Below, piece by piece: positions 1-10,566 of a stretch of 64,000 nt of DNA (position 1 is its first letter; every line of letters begins with the position of its first letter). The stretch covers positions 412,863-476,862 of the forward strand of contig JADJFN010000001.1 in the NCBI GenBank assembly GCA_016708565.1. Reading direction: 5' to 3'. A program made the translations under genes and the position numbers. The notes below the pieces were generated by a model that was given only the letters and a program-made list of their open reading frames with translations, was not told the origin of the DNA and did not search any database. This DNA comes from Myxococcales bacterium (GTDB lineage Bacteria; Myxococcota_A; Polyangia; Haliangiales; Haliangiaceae).

Positions 1-213
1 GGTGTGGGTGCGGGGCAGCGCGATGGACAAGGTCACGGCGGTGGCGTTCTTGTTGCCGGTGTTGGTCACCCGGGCGACGTAGTGGCCGAAGGTGTTCACC
101 TGCGGCGCCGCGGGCGGCGTGACGGTGACGACGAGGTTGTGCTGCGGCGCGGCCAGGGCCGGCGCGGCGGCGAAGAGGACAGGGATGACGGCGAGGGTGG
201 AGATGAGCTTCAT
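1..213 (-). CDS. Secreted hypothetical protein, N-terminal fragment (gene continues beyond window start)
   Basis: Reverse complement of 1-213 reads MKLISTLAVIPVLFAAAPALAAPQHNLVVTVTPPAAPQVNTF... A classic signal peptide (AxA cleavage site) follows an ATG at complement 211-213. GC3-rich codons. Confidence 0.5.
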   Translation of the reverse strand, partial: MKLISTLAVIPVLFAAAPALAAPQHNLVVTVTPPAAPQVNTFGHYVARVTNTGNKNATAVTLSIALPRTHT

Positions 214-299
214 GATCCCAACCTGCGCGATCGCGCGCCCGCCAACATCACACGCCGGCCTCACCGCACCCCACCGCTACCCGCGCCGGCGCGCGTGGC

Positions 300-710
300 T
301 CAGCCGGCGATCGTCACCGACAGCCGGCGCCGGTGCGGCGCGGCGCGGTGCTCCCACAGGTACAGGCCCTGCCAGGTCCCGAGCGCCAGCCGGCCGTCGG
401 CGATCGGGATCGTCAGGCTGGTCTGGGTGAGCACGGTCCGGACGTGGGCGGGCATGTCGTCGGGGCCCTCGTCGGTGTGCGCGAACAGCCGATCGCCGTC
501 GGGCACCAGCCGCGCCAGGAACCGCTCGAGATCGGCGCGCACCACCGGATCGGCGTTCTCGCTGACGATCAACGACGCGCTGGTGTGGTGGCAGAACACG
601 ACGGCGAGGCCGCACGCGAGCTCGCGCGGCACCGCGCGCGCCACCTCGCGGGTCACGTCGTAGGTGCCGCGGCCGGTGGTGGCGATCTCGAAGCGATGCA
701 GCTGGGCCAT
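300..710 (-). CDS. yjbQ: YjbQ/UPF0047 family protein (secondary thiamine-phosphate synthase-like)
   Basis: C-terminal 136 aa of ORF 300..1037(-) starting MAQLHRFEIATTGRGTYDVTREVARAV...GTWQGLYLWEHR matches the conserved YjbQ family pattern. The upstream part of the ORF is low-complexity antisense. Confidence 0.8.
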   Translation of the reverse strand: MAQLHRFEIATTGRGTYDVTREVARAVPRELACGLAVVFCHHTSASLIVSENADPVVRADLERFLARLVPDGDRLFAHTDEGPDDMPAHVRTVLTQTSLTIPIADGRLALGTWQGLYLWEHRAAPHRRRLSVTIAG

Positions 711-785
711 GTCGCAGGTGTCGCAGACGTCGTCGGCCGCGTCCACCGTGGACGCTCGCCGGGGCGCCGGGGTAGCGTCGCCGCG

Positions 786-1055
786 ATGGCCACGGTCGCG
801 TTCACGCCCAACCTGCAGCGCCACGTGCCGAGCCCGACGGTCACCGCCGCCGGCGCCACGGTGCGCGAGGTGCTCGAGCGGGTGTTCGCCGACAACCCGC
901 GGCTGCGCGGCTACGTCGTCGACGAGCAGGGCGCGCTGCGCAAGCACATGGCGGTGTTCGTCGACGGCCAGCAGCTGGTCGATCGCGCCGCGCAGAGCGA
1001 CGCCGTCGGGCCGGGCTCCGAGATCTACGTCATGCAAGCGCTGTCTGGAGGATGA
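786..1055 (+). CDS. MoaD/ThiS-family sulfur-carrier-like small protein ending in Gly-Gly
   Basis: Tail of ORF 333..1055(+): MATVAFTPNLQRHVPS...EIYVMQALSGG, 89 aa with a C-terminal GG and a beta-grasp-like pattern. ATG at 786. High GC3. Confidence 0.65.
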   Translation: MATVAFTPNLQRHVPSPTVTAAGATVREVLERVFADNPRLRGYVVDEQGALRKHMAVFVDGQQLVDRAAQSDAVGPGSEIYVMQALSGG

Positions 1056-1060
1056 GATCC

Positions 1061-2167
1061 ATGCCCACCGATGCTCCGCTCCTGGTGTCGACCCGCAAGG
1101 GGCTGTTCGAGGTCCGCGGCCACGGCGCCGCGGCCCGGATCGCCCGCGCCCACTTCGTCGGCGACAACGTCACGCTGGCGATCGTCGACCGCCGCGACGG
1201 CGCCTGGTACGTCGTGCTCGATCACGGCCACTTCGGCGTCAAGCTGCACCGCTCCGACGACGGCGGCGCCACGTTCACCGAGGTCGCGGTGCCGGCGTAC
1301 CCGGCCAAGCCCGAGGGCTTCGTCGACAAGGACATGTGGGGCAAGGACCGCGAGTGGGCGCTCAAGGGCATCTGGGCGCTGGCCCCGGCGCTCGACGCGC
1401 CCGGCGCGCTGTGGGCCGGCACGCTGCCCGGCGGGCTGTTCCGCTCCGACGATCGCGGCGCGACCTGGACGCTGTGCGAGGCCCTGTGGCAGCACCCGAC
1501 CCGCGTCAAGTGGAACGGCGGCGGCGCCGATCACGCGGCGATCCACTCGATCTGCGTCGACCCGCGCGATCCGCGCTGCGTCGTCGTCGCGGTGTCGAGC
1601 GGCGGCGTCTGGCGCACCCGCGACGCCGGCGCCAGCTGGGAGCCGCACACCAAGGGGATGAAGGCCGGCTACGTGCCGCCCGAGCAGGCCGACTGGCCCG
1701 AGCACCAGGACCCGCACTGCGTCGTCCAGAGCCCGAGCGACCCGACGGTGTTCTGGTGCCAGCACCACATGGGCATCTGGCGCTCGACCGACGATCTCGC
1801 GAGCTGGACCCAGATCGTCGTCGAGCCGACCAGCTTCGGCTTCCCGGTCGCGGTCCACCCGCGCGAGCCGGCGACCGCGTGGTTCGTGCCGGCCCACTCC
1901 GACCAGAAGCGGACGCTGATCGACGGCAAGGTCGTGGTCAACCGCACCCGCGACGGCGGCCAGACGTTCACCGCGCTGCGCGCCGGGCTGCCGCAGGAGC
2001 ACGCCTACGATCTGGTGTTCCGCCACGCGCTCGACGTCGCCGCCGACGGCGAACAGCTGGCGTTCGGCTCGAGCACCGGCAACCTGTGGGTCACCGACGA
2101 TCAGGGCGATCGCTGGCACCAGGTCGCCGGCCACCTGCCGCCGATCTACGCGGTCCGCTACGGCTGA
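1061..2167 (+). CDS. BNR/sialidase-like (Ycf48-like) beta-propeller repeat protein
   Basis: ORF 1052..2167(+) has repeated SxDxGxTW-type motifs (SDDGGATF, SDDRGATWT, TRDAGASWE, STDDLASWT, TRDGGQTFT, TDDQGDRWH). ATG at 1061 is preceded by GGAGGA 9 nt upstream. Confidence 0.8.
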   Translation: MPTDAPLLVSTRKGLFEVRGHGAAARIARAHFVGDNVTLAIVDRRDGAWYVVLDHGHFGVKLHRSDDGGATFTEVAVPAYPAKPEGFVDKDMWGKDREWALKGIWALAPALDAPGALWAGTLPGGLFRSDDRGATWTLCEALWQHPTRVKWNGGGADHAAIHSICVDPRDPRCVVVAVSSGGVWRTRDAGASWEPHTKGMKAGYVPPEQADWPEHQDPHCVVQSPSDPTVFWCQHHMGIWRSTDDLASWTQIVVEPTSFGFPVAVHPREPATAWFVPAHSDQKRTLIDGKVVVNRTRDGGQTFTALRAGLPQEHAYDLVFRHALDVAADGEQLAFGSSTGNLWVTDDQGDRWHQVAGHLPPIYAVRYG

Positions 2168-2946
2168 GGCGCGGGCGCGCGCGGCAGCGTCACCACGAAC
2201 GTGGTGCCGACCTCGTCGCACCGGAACCCGAGCTGGCCGTGGTGCAGGTCGACGACGATCGCGTGGGCCAGCGCCAGCCCGAGGCCGCTGCCGTGGCCGA
2301 TCGACTTGGTCGTGACGTAGGGCTCGAACACCCGGGCGCGGATCGCCGGGGGGATGCCGCCGCCGGTGTCGGCGATCTCGACCGTGACCGCGGTCGCCGA
2401 CGCGGCCGCGCGGACGTCGATCCGGCCGTGCCCGTGGTGCGCGGCGATCGCGTCGCTGGCGTTGGTCAGCAGGTTGACGAAGACGCGCTCGAGCTCGGCC
2501 GGGTAGCCCGCCGCGGCCGGCAGCGTCGGCGGGATCGCGACCGCGACGTCGGCGCGGCCGGCGAGCCGCGGGCCGGCCCAGGTGATCGCGCGCGCGACCA
2601 GCGGCGCCAGCGCGACCGGCTCGGGCGGCGGCCGGCTGGGATGGGCGGCGCTGCGGACGGTGCGGATCACCTCGGCGATGTGGCTCACCCCGGCGACGCA
2701 CGCGGCGATCGCCGGCGGCGCCTCGTCCAGGTAGTAGTCGAGGTCGACCTCGGCGAGCACCGCGTCGATCGCGCGCTGCGCGTCGGGCGGCAGCGCTGCG
2801 TGGTGCTGGCGGTACGCGGCGATCACGGCGGCCATCCGGGTCACCGCCTCGCGCGCGAAGTCGAGGCCGTCGCCGACGAACTGGATCGGGGTCGCCACCT
2901 CGTGGGCGAGGCTGGCGGCGAGCTGGCCGATCAGCGGCGCGGCCAT
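2158..2946 (-). CDS. Cytoplasmic sensor histidine kinase (HisKA + HATPase_c, no TM or sensor domain)
   Basis: MAAPLIGQLAASLAHEVATPIQF (H-box), N-box NLLTNASDAI, G-boxes DTGGGIP and GSGLGLA. Its ATG overlaps the stop of the upstream REC-HDOD gene (TGATG). Confidence 0.8.
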   Translation of the reverse strand: MAAPLIGQLAASLAHEVATPIQFVGDGLDFAREAVTRMAAVIAAYRQHHAALPPDAQRAIDAVLAEVDLDYYLDEAPPAIAACVAGVSHIAEVIRTVRSAAHPSRPPPEPVALAPLVARAITWAGPRLAGRADVAVAIPPTLPAAAGYPAELERVFVNLLTNASDAIAAHHGHGRIDVRAAASATAVTVEIADTGGGIPPAIRARVFEPYVTTKSIGHGSGLGLALAHAIVVDLHHGQLGFRCDEVGTTFVVTLPRAPAPQP

Positions 2947-4058
2947 CAGCCCGCCTCGTCGCGCAGCCGCTCGGCGAGCGCGAGCCACCCCGGGAGGTCG
3001 CCGGCGTGGCCGCACCGGGCGACGAAGGCTTGATCGATCGGCGGCGGCGCGCCGGGCGGCGCGTGGACGACGACGCCGGCGACGTGGACCGCCAGCGCCA
3101 GCGCGGTGTCGTCGTGGCCGATCCGGCCCGGCTGGCGGTGGCAGCCGACCGCTTCGACCAGCGCGTCGGGCAGGCCCCACACGCCGAGCGCGTAGGCGGC
3201 CACGTGGTCGGGGTCGATCGCCCCGTCGACGGCGCCGGCGTCCAGCAGGATCAGCGTGCCCAGCTCGAGCATCAGGCCGGCGGTGAACGCGGCGTCGGCC
3301 AGCGGCGGCGGGGCCAGCCGTCGCGCCACCATCGCGGCCACCAGCGAGCGGCGCTCGACCTCCTCGAGCGCGCGCCGCGACACGTGGGCGCGGGTGCGCG
3401 CGTACAGGTGCACCGCGAGCGCCAGGCCGCGCACGATCTCGGTGCCGAGGTAGGGCAGGGCGGTGGTCACGTCCTGGGTCGGTCGCCCGACCGCGAAGAA
3501 GGCCGAGTTGGCGAGTTGCAGCACGCGCGCCGACAGCCCGGCGTCGCGCTCGACGATCGCGGTCAGCTCGGCGAGGCTGGTGCGCGCCTGGCCCAGCAGC
3601 CGGGCCAGCTCCCAGTAGGTGCGCGGCACCGACAGCAGGTGGCGCACCTGGCCGACCACCTCGCGCACCCGCGGATCATCGACCATCGCCCGGGTGGTCT
3701 GGACCCGGGCCAGCGTGGTGCGCAGGCGCTCGGTCTCGCACGGCTTGGCCAGGAACTGGTGCGCCACCAGCAGCTCGTCGTCGTAGGTGCCGCTGCCGCC
3801 GTTGCCGCTCAAGAGCACCCGGGTCATCGCCGGGTACGCCTCGCGCACCCGCCCCAGGAGCGTCAGGCCGTCCATCCCCGGCATCCGCAGGTCCGAGACG
3901 ATCGCGTCGAACGGGGTCTCGGCCATCACCGCGAGCGCCTCGTCGCCGCCGCCGGCGAACGCCATCGTCCAGTGGTCGGCGTGCCGGCGCAGGCTCCGGC
4001 GCAAGCCGTCGAGGATCCGCGGCTCGTCGTCGACGAAGAGGATGCGCAAGCGGTCCAC
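2946..4058 (-). CDS. Response regulator with C-terminal HDOD domain
   Basis: ORF 2946..4133(-) has a receiver domain (RILFVDDEP...DAIVSDLRMPGMDG...LAKP) followed by an HDOD-like region. Start is probably the GTG at VDRLRILFVDDE (about 4058) rather than 4133. Confidence 0.75.
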   Translation of the reverse strand: MDRLRILFVDDEPRILDGLRRSLRRHADHWTMAFAGGGDEALAVMAETPFDAIVSDLRMPGMDGLTLLGRVREAYPAMTRVLLSGNGGSGTYDDELLVAHQFLAKPCETERLRTTLARVQTTRAMVDDPRVREVVGQVRHLLSVPRTYWELARLLGQARTSLAELTAIVERDAGLSARVLQLANSAFFAVGRPTQDVTTALPYLGTEIVRGLALAVHLYARTRAHVSRRALEEVERRSLVAAMVARRLAPPPLADAAFTAGLMLELGTLILLDAGAVDGAIDPDHVAAYALGVWGLPDALVEAVGCHRQPGRIGHDDTALALAVHVAGVVVHAPPGAPPPIDQAFVARCGHAGDLPGWLALAERLRDEAG

Positions 4059-4141
4059 GTGGTCTGGTTCGGCCGATCGCCGGGCCGCTTGAGGCCCGCG
4101 CCGATCGCGGGCCGCGCCCGGTCCGTGGCACACTGGTCGCG

Positions 4142-4495
4142 ATGATCCGCCTCGCGTCGCTCCTCACCGTCCTCACCCTGACCGCCTGCGGGGGCAAGGC
4201 CGCGGCTCCCGCGACGCCCGCGCCCGCCGGCGGCCCCACCGGCACGCTCAAGGAGCTGCAGAACGGCGACCGCGCCTGCTACGTGGTGGTCGAGGTCGAC
4301 GGCGCCGACCAGTCGATCGAGGGCGACTTCGAGCTGTGCCCGGGCGCCAGCCAGGACGCCAGCGGCCTCATCGGCCAGCGCGTGACCTGGACCACCAAGA
4401 AGGCCAACGTCCAGGCGGCGTCGTGCCAGGGCGACCCCGACTGCGCCGACTCTGACGAAGTCGATCTGATCGTCACGATCACCGCCGCGCCGTAG
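4142..4495 (+). CDS. Small lipoprotein
   Basis: MIRLASLLTVLTLTACGG has a signal peptide and lipobox. Four further Cys, 117 aa. Confidence 0.7.
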   Translation: MIRLASLLTVLTLTACGGKAAAPATPAPAGGPTGTLKELQNGDRACYVVVEVDGADQSIEGDFELCPGASQDASGLIGQRVTWTTKKANVQAASCQGDPDCADSDEVDLIVTITAAP

Positions 4496-4581
4496 GCCGG
4501 CGGCGCCGCCCCGCGGTGCCGGGCGAGGCGGCCGCCCGGCAGGAAATTGCCCCCCGGGATCGACCGTGTTACCCGAGGACG

Positions 4582-6197
<1,616 letters not shown>

Positions 6198-6201
<4 letters not shown>

Positions 6202-6668
6202 TGCGGAGCCTGCTGATCGCCCTGACCCTGGCCGCGTGCATGCCGCCCTCGACCCGGGGCGCGGCGCTGTACGACGCCGCCCGCACCTACACCGAGGGCG
6301 TGCGCTGGGAGCGCTTCGAGGCCGCCGCGGCGGTCGTCCCGCCCGCCGAGCGCGCGGCGTTCCTCGACGAGCGCGACGTGCTGGCCAAGGACCTGCGGAT
6401 CACCGACTCGGAGATCACCCGGGTCGACCAGCACGGCCGGACCGCCGAGGTGTCGGTCAAGCACGCCTGGTACAAGGACAGCGAGGGCACGCTGCGCGAG
6501 ACCGTGGTCCGGCAGGCCTGGGAGCGCCAGGGCAAGGCCTGGCGGCTGGTCGACGAGTACCGGGCTCGGGGCGACGCCATGCCCGGGGTCCGCGAGCGCG
6601 ACCCCGACCCCGACCCGGCCGGCGGCACCGCGACGTCGGCGCCCAACGCGCGCGGCGCCGAAGATTGA
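6198..6668 (+). CDS. Lipoprotein, hypothetical
   Basis: MMRSLLIALTLAACMPP has a lipobox. Its ATG overlaps the flippase stop (ATGA). Coding-like composition, 156 aa. Confidence 0.65.
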
Positions 6669-6686
6669 CGTAGAATTACAGCCAGC

Positions 6687-9600
6687 GTGGCCCAGACCGA
6701 CTTCGTCAGCCGCGGCCAGGAGCTGGTCTCTGCCGGCCAGTACCAGGAGGCGGTGAAGGTCTGCCGTCTGGGCCTCCTGGCTCGGCCGGGCGAGGTCAAC
6801 GGTCGGCTGGTGCTGGCCTCGGCGCTGTTGGCGCTGCGGCGCTACGACGAGGTGCTCGCCGAGATGCGGGTCGCGATCGAGCTCGAGCCGGGTAACGCCG
6901 GCGCGCACCAGCTGCGCGGCGAGGCGCTGTTGCGCAAGGGCGACCCCCACGGCGCGGTCGACACGCTGACCCGGGCCAAGAAGCTGGCCGGCAGCGATCC
7001 GGCGATCGCCGGGCTGCTCGAGGAGGCCAAGCTGGCCCAGGCGGCGGCCGGGCCACCGGCCTTCGCCGACGGCGACAGCATGACCAAGCACTACCCCAGC
7101 CACCGCGGCGGCGACGCCGCCGGCAGCGGGCGCTCGGGCAGCTTCACCAAGCCGATCGACCGCCGGCGCGCGCCGGCCGACGATCGCACGCCGACGCCCG
7201 ACACGCTGCGGGTCGGCGACAAGTCGGGGACGGTCGAGCTCGATCCCGAGCTCGAGGGGGTCGAGCTCGAGGACGACGAGCTGGCCGATCCGCCCAGCTC
7301 GGTGTCGACGGTCGAGGTCAGCGACGACGATCTCGAGGAGATCGACGACGACGACGAGCGCGCGCCGGAGGCGCAGACCCGCGCCGGTCGCCCCGGCCGC
7401 ACGCCGACGCCGGCCGCCCGCGTCGACCCCGGCCCCGCGGCGCGCCCGGGCGAGCGCCCGGCGGACCGCAGCTGGCGCGCCGACGAGAACTCGGAGAGCG
7501 CGACCAAGAAGCACGCGCTGCCGGTGCCGCCGCGCGACGAGGACGCCGCGCCGACGGTGCCGCGGCCGCTGATCGACGACGACCGCCCGCCGCGCGCGCC
7601 GGTCGATCGGGCCCGGGCCCCGGCGCGCCCGTCGCCCGAGATGTTCGAGGAGGAGTCGAGCCTGCAGGGGCGCGCCTCGCACCCCCGCCTCGCCGAGCTG
7701 CCGGCGGGGCCGCTGGGCGGGTTGACGCCGGCGCCGGTGATGACGCCGTCGGGGCGGTTCCTGTCGACGCCGTCGGGGCCGGGCGCCGTCGTCGGTGGCG
7801 GCGCCGCGCCCGCGCACGCGCCGACGGTGGCCGGGGCGATGCCGTCGCCCGCCGGCACGCCGCCGGGGATGGCGCCGCCGAGCGGCCGCCTGGTGCCGGC
7901 CGCGGCGCCGCAGGCCAAGACCATGGTGCCGGCGACGATGGCCGCGGTGCGCCCGACGGTGGCGATGAGCGCCGCCGAGGCGCCGTCGACTAGCGGCCCG
8001 CCCGGCGCCGACATGGATCTGATCCGCGCCGGCCTCGGCCCCGACTACGGCGCCACGCCGCTGCCGCCGCCGATGGCGACCGTCGCGCCCGGCCCGGGGC
8101 CGTCGCCGCGCACCAGCCGCATGTCGCTGCGCTCGCCGCTGATGATCGCGGTGTGGGTGACGATCACGCTGGCGATCATCGGCGGCGGCGTGTTCGCCGG
8201 CTTCAAGATCCGCGAGGTCCGGCTGGCCAAGCAGATCTCGTCGGCGCGCAAGGCCGCCGCCGAGGTGGCCCGGACCGACACCTGGGCCGGCTGGCGCAAC
8301 GCGCGCGATCGGCTGGCGGCGATCAGCCGGGCCCGCGCGTCGGGCGGCAACCGCGCCGCGCTGGCCAAGGCCCGGGCGATCCTGGCGGCGCGCTACGACG
8401 ACGATCTCGAGGGCGCGCGCGCCGCGGTCGCCGACGTGGCCAAGGAAGCCAGCGAGGACGCCGCGCTCGCCCGCGCGTACCTGGCGATCGCCGACGGCGA
8501 CGGCGCCGCCGCGACCGCCGCGATCACCGCCGCCGGGGGCGCCGACGCCGACGCCGAGCTGGCGCTGGCCGCGGCCTACGCCGCCGCGCTCGAGGCGCGC
8601 TGGGACGCCGCGGCGTCGACGGCGCGGCGCGCCACCGAGCAGGACCCGCGGCCCGCGGCGTTCGCGCTCCTGTGCGCGGTCGAGACCGCGCGCCAGCGCT
8701 TCCCCGACGCCGAGCGCGCGTGCGCCGAGGCCGAGCGGCTGGTGCCCGGGCACCCGGCCGCGATCATCGCCCGGGCCCGCCAGCGCGCGGCCAGCGGCGC
8801 GGCGCGCGCCGAGGCCGACAAGCTGCGCGTCGAGCTCGAGGGCCTCAACGCCGAGGCGGCGCGGCCGGTGGCCGATCAGCGGCTGGGCGTGTCGCCGGGG
8901 CAGGCGGCGTGGGCGCAGCTGGCGCTGGCCGAGGTCGGGCTCGCCGCCGGCGAGCCGCAGAAGGCCCGGGTCGCGATCGAGCGGCTCAAGGGCGGCCAGC
9001 GCAGCTCGCGCGGCCTGCTCGAGGCCCAGGCCGCGCTCGGCCTCGCCCTGGGCGACGTCGGCGAGGCCGGCCGGCTGGCCGAGCAGGGCCTCGAGCGCTG
9101 GCCGACCAGCCCGATCTTCACCGCGGTCCGGGCCCGGGCGCTGCTGTCGACCGGCGACCTCGAGGGCGCCGCCGCGGTGATCGGCAAGCTGGCCGCGGCC
9201 GACGACTCGATCGAGCTGACCATCCTGCGCGGCGAGATCGCGATCGCCAAGCACGACCTGCCGGCCGCGACCAAGCTGCTCGACGCCGCGCTGGCCAAGC
9301 GCCCCGACGATCTCGACGCGCTGCTGGCGCGGGCCGCGGTCGATCTCGAGAACAACGATCCCCACGCCGCCCAGACCCGGCTCGAGGCGCGCTACTCCAA
9401 GCAGGCGCCGCCGCGGCTGACCATCGCGTACGCGTCGGCGCTGCGGCTGCAGAAGCAGTGGCAAGACGCCCGGGTCGCGCTCGGGCGGATCACCACCGAC
9501 GGCGCGCCCGGGCCGATCACCGGGCGGGCCTGGCTCGAGCGGGCCCGGGTCGAGCGCGACGCCGGCAACGCCAAGGACGCCCGCGACGCCTACGGCCGGG

Positions 9601-10496
9601 CCCAGGAGATGTTGCCCAGCTCGCGCGAGGCGCAGCGCGAGGCCGCGGTGCTGGCGATCGACGACGGCGACGCGCTGGGCGGCCGCGACGCGCTCAAGAA
9701 GCTGATCGACGGCGCCGCCGACGACGGCGCCGCGCTGGTCGAGGCCGCGCGCGCGCTCACGTTCACCGGCGACCTCGCCGGCGCCAAGGCCTACCTCGAC
9801 CGCGCCGCCGACCTCGACGCCACCCCGGCGGCGCGGCTGGCGCGCGAGCGCGGCCGGCTGGCGCTGCGCCACCGCGACACCAAGGGCGCCCTGGCCGCGC
9901 TGCAGCGGTCGATCGCCGACGACGAGCGCGACTTCGAGGCGTGGCTGCTGCTGCTCGACGCCCAGCTGGTCGCCGGCGACACCGCCGAGGCCAGGCGGGT
10001 CAACGACGAGATCCTGCGCAAGTTCCCCGACCGCCGCGACAGCGGCCTGGTGACCGGCCGGGTCGCGCTGATCAGCGGTCGCACCAACGACGCGCTGACC
10101 GACTTCAAGAGCGCCAAGACGGCGCTGGTCAACGCGCCGCGCCGCGCGCTCGCCGACGCCTGCTTCTGGGTCGGCTTCAGCTTCTACGCCCAGGGCGACT
10201 TCGCCAACGCGATGCTGCAGCTCGCCGAGGCCACCAAGCACGAGGCCACCAACGCCGACGCCTACGGCATCCTCGGCCAGATCTACGTCGAGACCCAGGA
10301 CTGGGTGAACGCCGCCACCACGCTGGCCCGCGCCGTCGAGCTCGATCCCGAGAACCCCGACGCCTGGTTCTCCCTCGGCGTCGCCCGCCAGAACCTGCGC
10401 CGCCCCAAGGACGCCCGCGCCGCCTTCGAGCACTACCTCGCCGCCTGGCCCGCCGGCGATCGCGCCGCCGAAGCCCGCCAGTACCTCGGCCGCTGA
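6687..10496 (+). CDS. Very large TPR-repeat protein with a single internal TM helix (1269 aa)
   Basis: GTG start. N-terminal TPR units, an acidic/Pro-rich low-complexity linker (about aa 150-480), a TM helix (SPLMIAVWVTITLAIIGGGVFAGF), then about 750 aa of TPR-like repeats. Confidence 0.8.
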   Translation: MAQTDFVSRGQELVSAGQYQEAVKVCRLGLLARPGEVNGRLVLASALLALRRYDEVLAEMRVAIELEPGNAGAHQLRGEALLRKGDPHGAVDTLTRAKKLAGSDPAIAGLLEEAKLAQAAAGPPAFADGDSMTKHYPSHRGGDAAGSGRSGSFTKPIDRRRAPADDRTPTPDTLRVGDKSGTVELDPELEGVELEDDELADPPSSVSTVEVSDDDLEEIDDDDERAPEAQTRAGRPGRTPTPAARVDPGPAARPGERPADRSWRADENSESATKKHALPVPPRDEDAAPTVPRPLIDDDRPPRAPVDRARAPARPSPEMFEEESSLQGRASHPRLAELPAGPLGGLTPAPVMTPSGRFLSTPSGPGAVVGGGAAPAHAPTVAGAMPSPAGTPPGMAPPSGRLVPAAAPQAKTMVPATMAAVRPTVAMSAAEAPSTSGPPGADMDLIRAGLGPDYGATPLPPPMATVAPGPGPSPRTSRMSLRSPLMIAVWVTITLAIIGGGVFAGFKIREVRLAKQISSARKAAAEVARTDTWAGWRNARDRLAAISRARASGGNRAALAKARAILAARYDDDLEGARAAVADVAKEASEDAALARAYLAIADGDGAAATAAITAAGGADADAELALAAAYAAALEARWDAAASTARRATEQDPRPAAFALLCAVETARQRFPDAERACAEAERLVPGHPAAIIARARQRAASGAARAEADKLRVELEGLNAEAARPVADQRLGVSPGQAAWAQLALAEVGLAAGEPQKARVAIERLKGGQRSSRGLLEAQAALGLALGDVGEAGRLAEQGLERWPTSPIFTAVRARALLSTGDLEGAAAVIGKLAAADDSIELTILRGEIAIAKHDLPAATKLLDAALAKRPDDLDALLARAAVDLENNDPHAAQTRLEARYSKQAPPRLTIAYASALRLQKQWQDARVALGRITTDGAPGPITGRAWLERARVERDAGNAKDARDAYGRAQEMLPSSREAQREAAVLAIDDGDALGGRDALKKLIDGAADDGAALVEAARALTFTGDLAGAKAYLDRAADLDATPAARLARERGRLALRHRDTKGALAALQRSIADDERDFEAWLLLLDAQLVAGDTAEARRVNDEILRKFPDRRDSGLVTGRVALISGRTNDALTDFKSAKTALVNAPRRALADACFWVGFSFYAQGDFANAMLQLAEATKHEATNADAYGILGQIYVETQDWVNAATTLARAVELDPENPDAWFSLGVARQNLRRPKDARAAFEHYLAAWPAGDRAAEARQYLGR

Positions 10497-10518
10497 ACCG
10501 GAGCCGGCGCCTTCACCG

Positions 10519-10562
10519 CCCTCCCGTTCGACGCTCCGGGCCGTTTCGGGAGGGGGCCCCGG
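10519..10562. repeat. GC-rich hairpin element between convergent TPR and STK genes (terminator-like; shares a 32-mer with 15298-15329)
   Basis: CCCTCCCG...CGGGAGGG 8-bp stem. acgctccgggccgtttcgggagggggccccgg. Confidence 0.55.
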
Positions 10563-10566
10563 CCTC

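Noticed and set aside
664-3033. 789-aa plus-strand ORF rich in Arg/Ala/Pro
   Set aside because: Reading frame is antisense or out of frame to three well-supported genes (BNR protein, HK); low-complexity RxxR composition typical of spurious high-GC ORFs.
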